The notes below the pieces were generated by a model that was not told the origin of the DNA, ran no database searches, and worked only from the letters and a program-made list of their open reading frames with translations. Positions 1-12,406 of a DNA stretch of 64,000 nt are shown here, piece by piece (position 1 is the stretch's first letter; every line of letters begins with the position of its first letter). The stretch lies in assembly GCA_043228905.1 (NCBI GenBank), contig JBHGNT010000016.1, positions 19,034,001 to 19,098,000 of the forward strand, written 5' to 3'. The position numbers and the translations under genes are program-made. This DNA is from Azolla caroliniana (lineage: Eukaryota > Plantae > Polypodiophyta).

Positions 1-30
1 TTATAAAGTTTTTACAACTGTGTGACTGTT

Positions 31-33
<3 letters not shown>

Positions 34-75
<42 letters not shown>
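34..75. repeat. (CT)n microsatellite
   Basis: Perfect CT dinucleotide run, lying next to the 3' end of the minus-strand LINE. Confidence 0.95.
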
Positions 76-78
<3 letters not shown>

Positions 79-3000
79 TGGTGAAAACACACAATTATAT
101 TAATAAATGTGTGTAAAAAACACTACTTACAATGGGTGTGACAATGGAGTATGGTCACCCACTAACTACACTACACTACACGGGTAGTGGAACATGTTGA
201 ATTGCCAGTAGGCAAGACGAACACTCCACCGAGGAAAGAATTTCCACTTGCTCCAATAAAGAAAATTGCCACATTAGTACTCCCTTCAACTTTCGTAGAT
301 ATGCTTTCGCTCCATGTCTACCATCAAATACAAAAGCGTTGCGCATATTCCAATTACGACGCAATCCCCAATATCTCAGAAATAGAAAAATGATCCCCAT
401 ATCTGATTTTGGGTCAACCTGTGTAAATTGTGCAAACACCCACTGTCTAGGTGTCAAATAACACCGTGATAAGACTTGCCAAATTTGAGAAATGTAACTC
501 CAAATCTGACAAGCAATCGGACATTGTATAAATCGAAGAGTACTATCTTCCATTTGAACAGTGCAAAAAATGCAATTACACTTTGCTAATCCACGACGCT
601 TTAGAACTAATCCCAAAAGCAATCCTCCAATCAAAACTCTCCAAGTAAAGACCTTTGCTACAAGTGGCAATTTAGAATGTCAACTACGTTGTAAGATCTG
701 CCACCACCCATGATCAGATTTGTGTATTCTCCATTCTTCTTCAGCCTTAGATGATAACAATCCAAGCGACTCAATAGAGCAATGATACAAAAGATTAGTA
801 GTCACGTTTGACCCTTTAAACACCAATCAATCCACGGTTGTTCTCCTGTTTGTAGAGGTAAGGGTCCTTACATCAATGGACTATTTTGTAGTTGTTGCCA
901 AATAAACCCATAATTAGGCGGAATGCGTAAGAATTGCCGCGCTTCAACGAACTCCAAAATTCTTTGAGATGATGCCTCAACTATATCTCCCACCTCTTTG
1001 ACCCCCAAACGAAACAAACGATTACATTGAGAGCGCAATCTCTCCTTTCCTGGCCAACATAATAACCGAGAAGACACGGGCAACTCTTTTTGCAAAGATT
1101 TACAATGCTCTCTACTAGATGATGGTTTCCATACACATAACAAGAGTGCTTCTTGCCATGAGGTAACCAAGTGTTGAACACATGTAGAGGCCGGAATCCT
1201 AAGTGAAACACATCCATTCAGTAATTGCCACCATGAAGCCTTAATTGTTGTCCTCCCATGTGTTAAACCCTTGTTCTCAATGAAATATTGAACAATAGAT
1301 ATCCACGGGTGTGAGTCTGAACACATGTCTTGTAATAATGAAAATCTACGAACCATCATATTCTTAGATAAGTTCAATATTCCAGTTCCTCCCAGCAAAA
1401 TAGAATGCAAAGCCTTCTTTGTCCATGGGAACAATGGCAAGTAATATAATATAATGGGTTCCATAATACATTGTACAACCTTCAAGCGTACATGAAATGG
1501 CCAAGATTGTGACTTCCAATACATGAATGTTACAAATGGTCAATTGATTGATTGGTTGTCTAGTAAGTTGAGGGATAAGTTCATTTCTATTGTTCTCAAT
1601 GAAATATTGAACAATAGATATCCATGGTTGTGAGTCTGAACACATGTCTTGTAATAATGAAAATCTACGAACCATCATATTCTTAGATAAGTTCAATATT
1701 CCAGTTCCTCCCAAGCGCTTAGGGGTTGCAAAATAGAATGCAAAGCCTTCTTTGTCCATGGGAACAATGGCAAGTAATATAATATAATGGGTTCCATAAT
1801 ACATTGTACAACCTTCAAGCGTACATGAAATGGCCAAGATTGTGACTTCCAATACATGAACTTATCCCTCAACTTACTAGACAGCCAATCAATCAATTGA
1901 CCATTTGTAACATTCATTCCTAATGGATAGCCCAAGTGTCGAAAAATAGAGTCTTTCTTCACCACAAATCCTTGCAATCCTAAACGTTCCAAATCCCTTT
2001 CAGTACATGATATGAGACTAGACTTCCTCCAATTAATATGTAATCTGGAAGCCAATGCAAATTGGTTCCATACAAGCATCCCCTTCTTAAGATTCTCTCG
2101 TGAGGCTTGTAGAAACATGAAAGAATCATGAGCCAAAGCTTGTGCTACTAGTTGCCCTCGAGAGGGAAGGTGTAGACCCACAATGTCACCATTTGTTGCA
2201 ACCTTGATAGCATCACTAACAAGGGATGCGTAACAATAGCAAACAACAATGGGCTAAGAGGGCATCCTTGACGAATGGATCTTGTGAGGGCAATATCTGA
2301 TGTAACTCCCCCATTAAGCATTACTCGAGACACCGTATCTTGCCCTAATAAAAATATGAGGCGAGACATATGAGGTCCAAAGCCGATTGCATGCATTAAC
2401 CCAGAAACAAATGACCAATTAACATGATCATAAGCTTTCTCCAAATCTAATTGCACCATAATTAATTCTTGATGAGTGTTTCGAGCATAATCCATGGCCA
2501 TTCGAACATTCAACACATTATGCAATATATTCCTACCTACAATAAAACCATATTGGGCGGGATGTATCAACTTTGGCAAATATTTTTGTAATCTATTTGC
2601 CAAGACCTTTGTAAATATCTTATACAGCCCCCCCCATCAAAGAAATAGGTCTCCATTGATGAAATGACTCAGGAGATGCCACCTTTGGAACTAATTTAAT
2701 TAGACCAACCTTCCAAGCTTTAGGATGACCAAAATCCCAAGAATGTTGAAACATCAAAGTTAAGGGCCCCTTTTAAAATGTTCGAATATCGCTTAAAAAC
2801 TTCATTTGTCAAACCATCCCAACCAGGGCTCTTACCCCTAGGAAGATGCCTTAAAACTGTGTCCACCTCATCCACAGTGAAATCTGCATCCAATTCATGA
2901 CTATTGAGGTCATGCACAATACATCCAAGCACATCATAAAACTCATGACGTGCTCTACTCACCTCATTTGTCATTAACAATTGTGGGCCAATCAACTCCT

Positions 3001-6000
3001 TAAAGTAATGAACACATATGTCAATTATTGTAGTAGGATCCACTATCCATTCATCCCCTTGCTTCACGTGTACCGCATTAGATCGATCATAAGTAGGTGT
3101 AACGCTTGAAAAACAAATGAGATTGACATTGATTATCTATGAGCCCATCCCTCAGTTGTCGCATCTTCGCATAACGATAACTTTGGCATTGCAATTGAGA
3201 AATAATAACATGCAATTGACTTGGGATATCCAAAAGCTCTTCATCTAATGATGCATGTATCAATAATGCATTACACCTAGAGAGAACTTGTGAGAATTGT
3301 CGAAGAAGACCTCTTCTTCGTTGAGCATTAGTTACTCCATACATACGATGAATGATCTTAATGTTTCGTAACGTGATATCCCATGCTTTAAGTCCTTTAA
3401 GATTCACTTCTTGTGAAAAAATTTACCAAAATTTGCTCCATGAGAGAATCAAAAGAGAAGAGTTAAATCGTAATGGAGGCTTTCCAAGTACGGATTTATA
3501 CATGTCAATTGTATGATTACAAACCTCCAAACAAATAGGAAAGTGATTTGAAGTTCCTACATCTTGTAGAACTTTCATACGAAGTGATGTCGGTAAAAAA
3601 GAATCATTGTGCGTCACATACATTCTATCTAACCAACTCCATGTTTGTCAATGTTGAGCGGATTGGAAAGTAAAACCTGGATCATTCCCATGCAACCATG
3701 TCCAAACATCCAACTTCAGAACCTCCATAGCCAATGAATCCCAAGCCAGTTGCTCAGGATCATCCATGATTGAATGTTTAGACATGGATTGAGATGCATC
3801 AACACACATGTTAAAATCACCCATAAGTAATCCTAGACGAACGACACATAGGGTTTGAAGGAGTGAGCCCTATAATGCAATACGTTGAGTGGCTTGGTTA
3901 GGGGCATAAATCCCAACCACCCACACAACCTCACCAAAAAAATGATTTCTAGAACCAAAAACCGACCATAAGGATCATTATGCACCACTTGAGGATAATA
4001 TTTATCCCGCGTGATTAATACCACACCTGAATAATGATTATTAAGATGTCCGGCATAGAATGATGAATATCCATGTAAATGAACTGTGGATCCTGTTAAC
4101 TCATGACACTTATGCTCAACTACACATAATACATCTCATTCATTACTTAACAAAGTTTCCCATAATATATACTTCTTATGAGGAGAACATGCCCCACTCA
4201 CATTCCATGTTACCACTTTCATTCAATCAACAATGCTATGGGTGCACTTGCTCATTTAGAGCAACCAATGTCATGAAACTAGTCAAATCATGCTCCAATG
4301 CTGCAAATGGATTTTCATGCACCACATCCTTAGGGTTGTCTATCGAAATCTTTTGTTTAGGTTCTCCTACTTGACGAAAGCCTCGAGAATTCGATGAATT
4401 TACAACCCATCCCAATGAATCAAATTGAAGGTGAAGGGGTAATCCCTTATCCCTAAATTTTCTTTGCCAATGAACTTTTCGAGGACCCTCCCTAGTTCCT
4501 GAATTTCCTTTCCAAGTAGTCTCAGGAATAGTGGGCAAACTATTACATTGTATATTCATTGATTTCCCCTTTGACTTGCCCTTAACCTGATGCCAATCCT
4601 TTTCAACAACAACATCACTACTAGTTCTATCCAATGGTTTTTTCCCCTTATGTATAACCACCAAACTTTGTTTTTCCATATCCATAGATTGAGTCCCTTA
4701 TTCTTAGGGCCCAAACCTTGAAGTGAAACCTCTTTATAACCTGCTCTAGATGATGTTCCTTCATCAATAACAACGACAATATATGACACACCAACATCTC
4801 TCCCAACTCCTTCCTTACCATTCCCGTCATTAGGAACCTTTATAGTTAAAGGACAATGACAATGGCATTCCACCATAAAGTGACCCCATTCACCACATCC
4901 AAAACAATGGCCTACAAATGTCTCCCACTTCAATTTAAAACAAAGTCTTTTCATACCAGGTGTGTTCATACGCACCCATCCTAGCCTCTTACGACTTGTA
5001 TCCCATAACACACAAAATCTGCACTTATTTGTACCATTTGCATGTGGAGATACCAACACTTTACCCATTTGACTCATCAACTCTGGTAAAAGTGGCCATA
5101 AAAAAGCATGCTTACAATCCACTATTACCCAAACATGGCATTCTTGTTTTAACAAAGCATGATAGTCCACAATGGGGGACCATTGCATTACATGCACCAA
5201 TCGTTCATCAAAAAACACGGGAACTTTAGCCAACAATGCACTTCGATGTTCCAGTGAAGGAAACACTACATCATAAAACCCTCGTGGTCCTGCATATATA
5301 TTTTCAACACAAATTGGTGACACGATTGTGTTCAACCATTGTTTAATCCAATTAATGTATTGGAGTTTCCCGGTAAAAAATAATATAACCGCACGATCAT
5401 TGAATACATCAAAAGATTACAACACTGTCTTAGCATCAACTTCCATATTATGGACATCCTCATCAATGCATTCTTTCGCTTTATTTTCATTTTCTTCCAC
5501 AATATCAGACAATAAGGTATTGGCAATTCCCCATAAATTTCCCTAATTACAATGATCCTTGTCAACCTCATCTACATGTATTACTTTGGCATATGTCAAT
5601 TTTTTCTCATTAATTTCCTCAATACCCTTAAACCTCTTAGAGCTTCCAATCTCTTCCCTTTCACGATTACATTCAACCATCACATTACTCTTTTTTGGAT
5701 CAATTGTTTCCATATCAATGTCCCCCACAATTTGTGAGGAATTCATGTTTATATCCATTATTCTTGAGGTGATATTGATCCGGGATAAAAATAATTTTTC
5801 ATGAACAAGAGAGACAACCGAAACTCACCCGATTGAAGATGTCGAAGATGACGAAGACAATAGAAGACCCGCAATGTCTGTTGAGTATGTGGATGCCGAT
5901 AACACAAGATTCCTTATTTCTATCGTTGCTTCTCGTACAGACCACCAAATTTAACTTCATATATCACGTTACGAAGCTCTAATCGAGGGCTTTCTAACGC
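76..6000 (-). mobile_element. Degenerate, near full-length L1-clade LINE retrotransposon (ORF1 + EN/RT/zf ORF2)
   Basis: Frameshifted minus-strand ORFs occur in canonical order. ORF1 (5758-4236) has a DUF4283-like region and the zinc knuckle CFGCGEWGHFMVEC. The APE endonuclease (~4170-3400) has GDFN- and SNHFPI-like motifs. The RT has KSPGWDG, QYGFIVGRNI, LDLEKAYD, SIRQGCPLSPLLF and LAHDS (degenerate FADD). The C-terminal zf-RVT region has CIFC...C and WNMRNAFVF. Element ends are approximate. Confidence 0.9.
1271..1917. repeat. Tandem duplication with an embedded 62-bp inversion inside the LINE RT/3' region
   Basis: 1271-1527 matches 1590-1860, apart from a ~14-bp indel. 1523-1584 is the reverse complement of 1856-1917. 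Confidence 0.9.
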
Positions 6001-6189
6001 TTGTCTTTTTGCTGAATTCCGTTACCGATAGAGAGAGCACAACAATAAAAATAAATTTGCTTCTTCTTCTTCCCCTCTCCACTTTGGTTTTATTCTTTCT
6101 CTTTGTAATCTCTCTCTCTCTCTCTCACGCGCGCGCGCACACACACACACACATCTATATGAATGATAATGAATCACACACATTTATGT

Positions 6190-6850
6190 AATCAATTACA
6201 AGCTTAAAAGGTTCAGTTCACACACGAGGGTACCTATAGGAAAGCTTGATTCCATCTCTTCCCCAATCTTGATCACGGCTTCTATCCTCACCCAAGCCCA
6301 ATGACCACAAGTATAGTGGCGTATGACTTCTCCTTCATTGATATCTTTATTTGTATACCTTACTCCAACTAATAGAGCAACTTTTATATCCACATCTTCT
6401 TGGATGAAATGACTACTTGAACTCATGGATTATCTGTCACTTGCCCCTTTCTTCGGATTGCGTCAATTATAACCTCATGAAATTATTTACGATTCCTAAA
6501 AATTCCTTAAGAGTGAGTTCTAACTTGCTATCAAGGATTCTACTTTCTAAAACCTTCTTTCTATTGATGGCAGTCTTTATCTCTGAATCTAGCTACAATG
6601 GGGTTGCCTTTTGCTTTGACTTTTCTTTTGCTACCACTTTCTTTGTTTCTCTTCTTTTCTATTCCCTGGTTTCTAGTATTCAAGAATGACAGGCAACCGA
6701 CTTCATCCGTTCTTTTCCTCATCTCTTCTACCTAAACTTCATCAACATTCACCCCAACAAATTTTGTGAATGTCATTAATGTTTCTATTGGGCCATTCCA
6801 CCTAGTATTACCTGCATGCTCCGGAAGTATGTGCCGATTTGATCTAGCGT
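6190..6850 (-). mobile_element. Degenerate Ty3/gypsy-like gag/protease fragment
   Basis: The minus-strand peptide HYTCGHWAWVRIEAVIKIG resembles the pre-protease region of fern gypsy elements. The region is heavily decayed. Confidence 0.4.
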
Positions 6851-7848
6851 TGTATCATCATATGCTTACCTATAAAAAAGGGCATGAATCTTGTATAAAG
6901 TTGTCTATAGATGAAGCGTAATATATATATGAGTTTTGTGCATACGGTACTGTTGTTATTAATATTTGTATGTTAATTCCTAAATGATCCTTGGATTACT
7001 ATGTTATTATTGATCGATTGGTGGGGTAGCCGATTCGAACTGTGGGTGTATTAGTTGACTTCTGTTATGTTTTTGTAGCCGAATTGTTATATTCAATCCG
7101 ACTAACATTAATGGTCAATTGTGGTCTGTGTATTATCTCCATCCCTCCAACCATGATCTTTGGTGAAGGATACTCAGGGATTGAGTATCCGACCCGTGCT
7201 TCCTAGGGATTAGGAACAATTAGCCTTCCTTAAGTCTTATGGTTGAACATTTCATTTACTTGCAATATTTATCACCTTATCCCAAAAGCTATGAGGATCA
7301 CCTACCTTCAACCCAAATGTTGTTGAGTTGTAAGTTGCCTGTATTCTCTTGGCTTTAGCATCCTCCCATTAACTTCTTCATTCTGCCTTTTTCCAAAGTT
7401 GAATCGAAAAGGTTGTCGAGTTTTTTATAGATGAATCTTTCCATATTCATAGAAAATCAGATTTTCATCAAGAATGTTGGGGATAAAGGCCCCAAGGACT
7501 CTCCTTTTTTGTATATTTTGACCCTTTTATGTGAAAGCTCCCTTCACGAGCTTTCTAGGCCTATTTTTACTATATTTTAAGCCCCAATTTGCAGGGTTAT
7601 AGGCATTTATATTATCTTTATAATTTTTGGTCATTCATCATGACATGTGAACACACCCAAATGAAATAAAAATTACTTATCAATAAGAATTGGTCCCAAA
7701 TCTCTCGTAATGAGATAGGGACTTTTAGCAACTAGGGTTTCCTCTCCATTTTTTTTGCACAATTTTCTTTACTTTCTCTCTCCTCACATAGTAGCCCACT
7801 CCCTTGGTCTTTTGGAGCAACATACCATGCCATCACATCTCTTTCAAC

Positions 7849-8830
7849 TGGTATTAAAGCTAGAGACTGCCATTGTGACAAATTTTTGTCCCATCAAGTG
7901 ATTGTGCAAAAGACAAGTTTTGTTTTAAACCCTAAACTGTTGAGTGCAGAAATGACTACTACCTCCTCTAATCTCAAAATCTTATGAGATCAAGATATTT
8001 GAAGGTAATCGTTTTGATTTATGGAAAGAGATAATCTTAGGCATTCTCTTTTCTTAAAGATTGTGAAAGGGCACGACTTGCAGTCAAGCTTGAAGAGATG
8101 GCAAATATAGCATGGATGAAACTAAATAAGAAGGTCATCACTTACATCAACATGGTTATATTAGATGAGGTCTAAGTGGATCGAAAGGGTTTCACAAGTT
8201 ATTGCTTTTGAGGTATGGGAGAATTAAATGCTACTCAAGTGCATCTCGTGCATAAGTTGGCGTATATGCAACGTGTTGAGTCAAAAAGTGTTGTTGAGCA
8301 TTTATCTACCTTAACCAGTACCCTCTCACAATTGCGGGACTTTGGATTACCTTCCTTTAATGGTATGCTTAAGGCCATCTTCTTGTTGATGACTAACAGT
8401 CAACAACGGACGGTTTAAACGGTTCCGTTTCAACGGTTAGAAACTGCAATTTAAACAGTTAAACTTTTTCTTTTTTTTATAATTATTTTAAAACAGTCTT
8501 TTCATTTTCAAGCCTTATTCCCATATTTTAGGAAAATCTTTAAATTTTTGAATTTTTGAATTTTGACCTAACTTGAAAACCAAAACCGTGGTTTTAACGG
8601 GTTGAAAAAAATTTAACGGTTTTGGGGTTCGGTTCAGTTTTGAACCTCTCAAACCGAACCGAACCATTGCCGATTGTTGTTGATGACCTTACCTGATTTG
8701 TGGGAAACATTGGTTGTTTCACTCTTGAATAACCCTAATCTTACCTTTGATTGCATAAGGGGTTCTATTTTGAATGAAGAAATCAGGAACAATGCTATTG
8801 GAGAGGGAAGTGGTTCAAGCAATGTGGCTA
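7849..8830 (+). mobile_element. Ty1/copia 5' remnant (PBS + gag), preceded by a putative LTR ending at ~7846
   Basis: ...CTTTCA-ac-TGGTATTAAAGC is a tRNA-iMet PBS variant at 7849-7860. It is followed by copia gag/UBN2-like peptides FEGNRFDLWK, SVVEHLSTL..KAIFLLMT|LPDLWETLVVSL..IRGSILNEEIR, split by a MITE. Confidence 0.75.
8394..8679. mobile_element. hAT-type MITE (286 bp) with an 8-bp TSD
   Basis: The TSD TTGATGAC occurs at 8386-8393 and 8680-8687. The imperfect 16-bp TIRs are TAACAGTCAACAACGG / CCATTGCCGATTGTTG, with subterminal AACCG/CGGTT motifs. Removing the element restores the copia gag reading LLMT-LPDLWE. Confidence 0.88.
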
Positions 8831-9020
8831 GAGTAGTCAATCGGTGGATGTCGTTCTTTTCCTTTTTTTGCTCTCACTCGAGTAGTCGATTCCTATGTTC
8901 GATGAGGAAATCAAGAATGGGAAGTGGTTCAGCCAATGTGGCTATAGTAGTCGATCGGTGAATCTTTTTCTTTTCCTTTTTTTTTCTCTCACTTGAGTAG
9001 TCGATTCCTATGTTGGATGG
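8776..9020. repeat. ~115-125 bp tandem duplication
   Basis: GGGAAGTGGTTCA..AATGTGGCTA.AGTAGTC.ATCGGTG...CTCAC.T/CGAGTAGTCGATTCCTATGTT.GATG occurs twice. Confidence 0.85.
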
Positions 9021-9800
9021 ACAATCTCTCGCAATAACCTTCTTTGAGGTTTCTACATCATCCACCGTTCATAGCGCCCTCCTCATTCCAATTGGACACA
9101 AGTGTATTTATGCTTGTTCGATTGTCCAAAAAAATTGCCAATTATTTTCTAAATCATTTATCCATTATTTGAACAAATAAATCAGATACCTTCTATGACT
9201 AAAGAAGCTCTCAATCCCCCACCGAAAAGTCGTTGTAGTTCTTTTCAAATTCTCTCAATATTTCTAATAATGAGAGACCTTTCCCTCCTTTCTCGATCCA
9301 CTAGAGAAAGGCCTTCTTTGTGACTCTAGTAAGGTCGTCAAGCATATAATCATCTAACAATGCTTGATGAAATCCACTCCAATCTACTTTGAATATTTCT
9401 TGAATTTCCACTACCTTTATTTGAACATCTAGAGTCACCACTCTGTTGAATTGAGGGACCATAGTAACCTAGTTGCATCTTTATTGCCCGTTTCATTCTC
9501 ATACACCTCCAAACATATTGCGATGTCTTCATCATTGAATTGACCAATCTTCTGAATAATTGATTGTGTAACAAGGATCAAGTTGCTTTCCAATCGATTA
9601 GTCACACTTTGCTCTTGTATCATTCGCCTCATCATGGTCATCATGAAGTTGACCATGTCAACATTGAAGCCTCTCAACGTCATTTCTTCTATCGAAGTCT
9701 CCCCTTCGTTGACACTTCACGTTGGGTTTACCAAATGTTTGTCGTACAATTCAAGATCGATGCATCAAACTATCGAGGTTGTGAACACTTGACTTTATCT
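9000..9800 (-). mobile_element. Degenerate gypsy-like gag fragment
   Basis: Minus-strand peptides IIQKIGQFNDEDIAICLEVYENE and ...RDCPSN (decayed zinc-knuckle region). Confidence 0.4.
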
Positions 9801-10039
9801 TCAGATATGAGAAACTTTACTGTAAGTGCGCTAGCTTAATCTCTTGATTATTGATCAATATATTTTTCTTATTGATTGATGCTTATATGCTTTTCTTCCT
9901 TCTCCTTATAAAAGACTTCAAATAAGAATGCATGTGATGCATGCAATGCTTGTAATGCATGTGATGTGTGATTGCCACTTGGCACACATCTACTAAGTGT
10001 GATGCATTGCAGCCATGTTTCTCATTTGAGTCACCATGT

Positions 10040-11140
10040 ATGGTATTCACATGAGACATAATTACACTGCCAAATAGCTTTGAATAGCCAAGATATCACC
10101 ACAATGTCAACTCCGATCGGGTTGGTAAGGATGTGCACAATGCTACGAAGGGCAACTAACTCCATAGCATATATCATGAATGTGATAAACAAAATGTTGA
10201 GAGATTGTATTCCAAACATAGTATGAAGCATACGTACCATTCGTGCATTCGCATTCGCGAACATTCTTATCATTCGTGTAAGACAAACACCCTCAAAGTA
10301 TGATAAATACCATACTTTTGCACTCATTATTTAATATAAGGTAATTTTTTTAGGGTAAGAAAGTTAAGGTAAGTTAAGGTAAAAAGTGTAAATAAAAAAC
10401 ACAAGAATGTTTTAATAGCATACGCATTCGTTTGCATACGTATAAAAACAAATGTTTGGGCTAACGAACACGAATATTACGTACTATGATTCTAGACATC
10501 GAGATGTCATTTCCTAATGACATTCCTATAAACGCATGTTAGAGTCAAAGAAGAATCAAACCCTACAACGGGATGGATGTGGGCACTTTCTTTTGAACCA
10601 TATCAAGGATTGGGAGAAGGTATTACAAAGATTAGAAGGTGCAAGCTTAACACTCTCTTGAGAGAAATCGACGTTTGGGCAACAAGAAATTTTAGTAGTC
10701 GAATATGTTTGTGGGCCATATGGTTGAAACCACTCTCCAAGGAGGGTAGATGTCGCCCAAGAAATTAATGAGACATGCAAAACATAGAGGGAAGTTTGAA
10801 GATTCTTGGGAGCATGTGTGTTCTACCACATTTGGATTCCACATTATGCCCATATTGTTGAACCTTTGTATGGGTTGCTCAAGGAAGGAAAGGAATTCAA
10901 ATTGACACCAATACATAATGAAGCAATGAAGAGACTCAACGGACTTTTGCTTAAAGCCCCAACACTAAGGAAACCAATTTACACACCCATATTCGTGACA
11001 ATGTATACATATCTAACTGATATTGGATTGGTTATAAACCAAGAGAACAAAGATAAAGTTCAATAAGCAATCTAATTCGGAGGGAAAGGCAAAGGAAGTA
11101 TGCCCAAGCGAAAAGAGAAATGTGGGGAATTTTTTCGGCA
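10040..11140 (+). mobile_element. Ty3/gypsy RT/RNase H remnant interrupted by a MITE
   Basis: Plus-strand peptides TTMSTPIGLVRMCTM..ATNS, VLQRLEGASLTLS, FLGACVFYHIWIPHYAHIVEPLYGLLK..APTLRKP and KYAQAKREMWGI. Confidence 0.75.
10217..10488. mobile_element. hAT-type MITE (272 bp, CATAGTA...TACTATG termini)
   Basis: The termini are CATAGTA and TACTATG, flanked by a degenerate 8-bp TSD ATTCCAAA/ATTCTAGA. It interrupts the gypsy RT. Relatives lie in inverted orientation at 24173-25087 and 25200-25438. Confidence 0.8.
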
Positions 11141-11149
11141 ATCATACTA

Positions 11150-11900
11150 CTATTTCATAGAATTCAAGAAAGTTTATGATATAGTGTCCCACAAACATCT
11201 TTGGGGAAGCATGAAGGAACTCAAGATACCAAGTGAATATATGCTTGCAATTTCTTGAATCTATGAGAATGTGATATGCCATGTGTATAAAAAATTGAAT
11301 TTTAGATTTTCCTATTACTAATGGTAAGAAAGGACTCATAGTCTCAACAACTCTCTTACGTTTATGTATTAACAAATTGGAACAAATGGTCAACGAGTTT
11401 GTAAAGCACAAAGATATGGAAGAAGTTACAATTTGGAATAACTATCATGCTTTTGCTTTGTGCAAATTTTATGTTTTTTGAAAATCTTTTAGACGATGCA
11501 AGAAAAACTGTGTGTGTTGTAGAACAAAGGTAATGCTTGAAAAGACCCAAAATAAAGATAAACCTTGCATTTCATTACAATAATGAAACACTTGAAATTG
11601 TATACTGGTTCTCTCCAATCATAGATAGAATGTATGTGCTACCCCCTACTTTCTATCAAAGAACTATGCAATGGTAGAGAAATTAAATACCGAGTTCTCA
11701 AAATGTATCTCTTTGGCACATTGGTACTTCTCTGTGGGTTGTACTATTGAGGGAATCGCATCCTGAAGTTCATTCAAACAAAGTTTGGACTTGTCCAACA
11801 ATGCTTTCTTGTGCAGTTTCTTCAAGTCAAGCTTCAAATTTCATACATGTTCCTACGTCATAAGACTGAAGGATTGTTTTACATCGAGATTGTATGAAAG
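11150..11900 (+). mobile_element. Highly decayed LINE RT fragment
   Basis: Weak RT-like remnants (STTLLRLCINKLEQMV, TIMLLLCA) that resemble the LINE RT piece at 30790-31210. Confidence 0.35.
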
Positions 11901-12406
11901 AATTATGCAATGTGCATTTGCATTTATGTAGCGGAACGATAGGGAGGATGTCTACAAGCATTATGTATAGTATTAACCCAAGTGACATATATATGCAAGG
12001 CAAGTGAATGGCATGTAACTAGCATAATTGTTATCATTATTGCAATGATGTCAACATGAATGCTTTTTACATTGGTGGAAATAGCTCAGTTCTCTAAGAT
12101 ATAGGTCTTCTTAACTTAGCTAAAGTGTTCAGATCAACATCAAAGAGATTCATATTGCCTTGAAATCACATATATCCATGTGAAATTATAAACACAAAAA
12201 TTTAAATGGAATTATGACTATTACATTGATTTCACATAGATATTGGCCTCTGGTGGATTTATGATTAAAAGTAGCAAATGTCAAATTGTGTATTTTCACA
12301 CTATCGGTGGGCATCACTCCATGCACTAAGTTACAAGCATGTTTTGTGTACGTATGCAAGCAATAAATAAAATGTACCACTTACAAGAAAGTCACCTGTA
12401 AAACAT

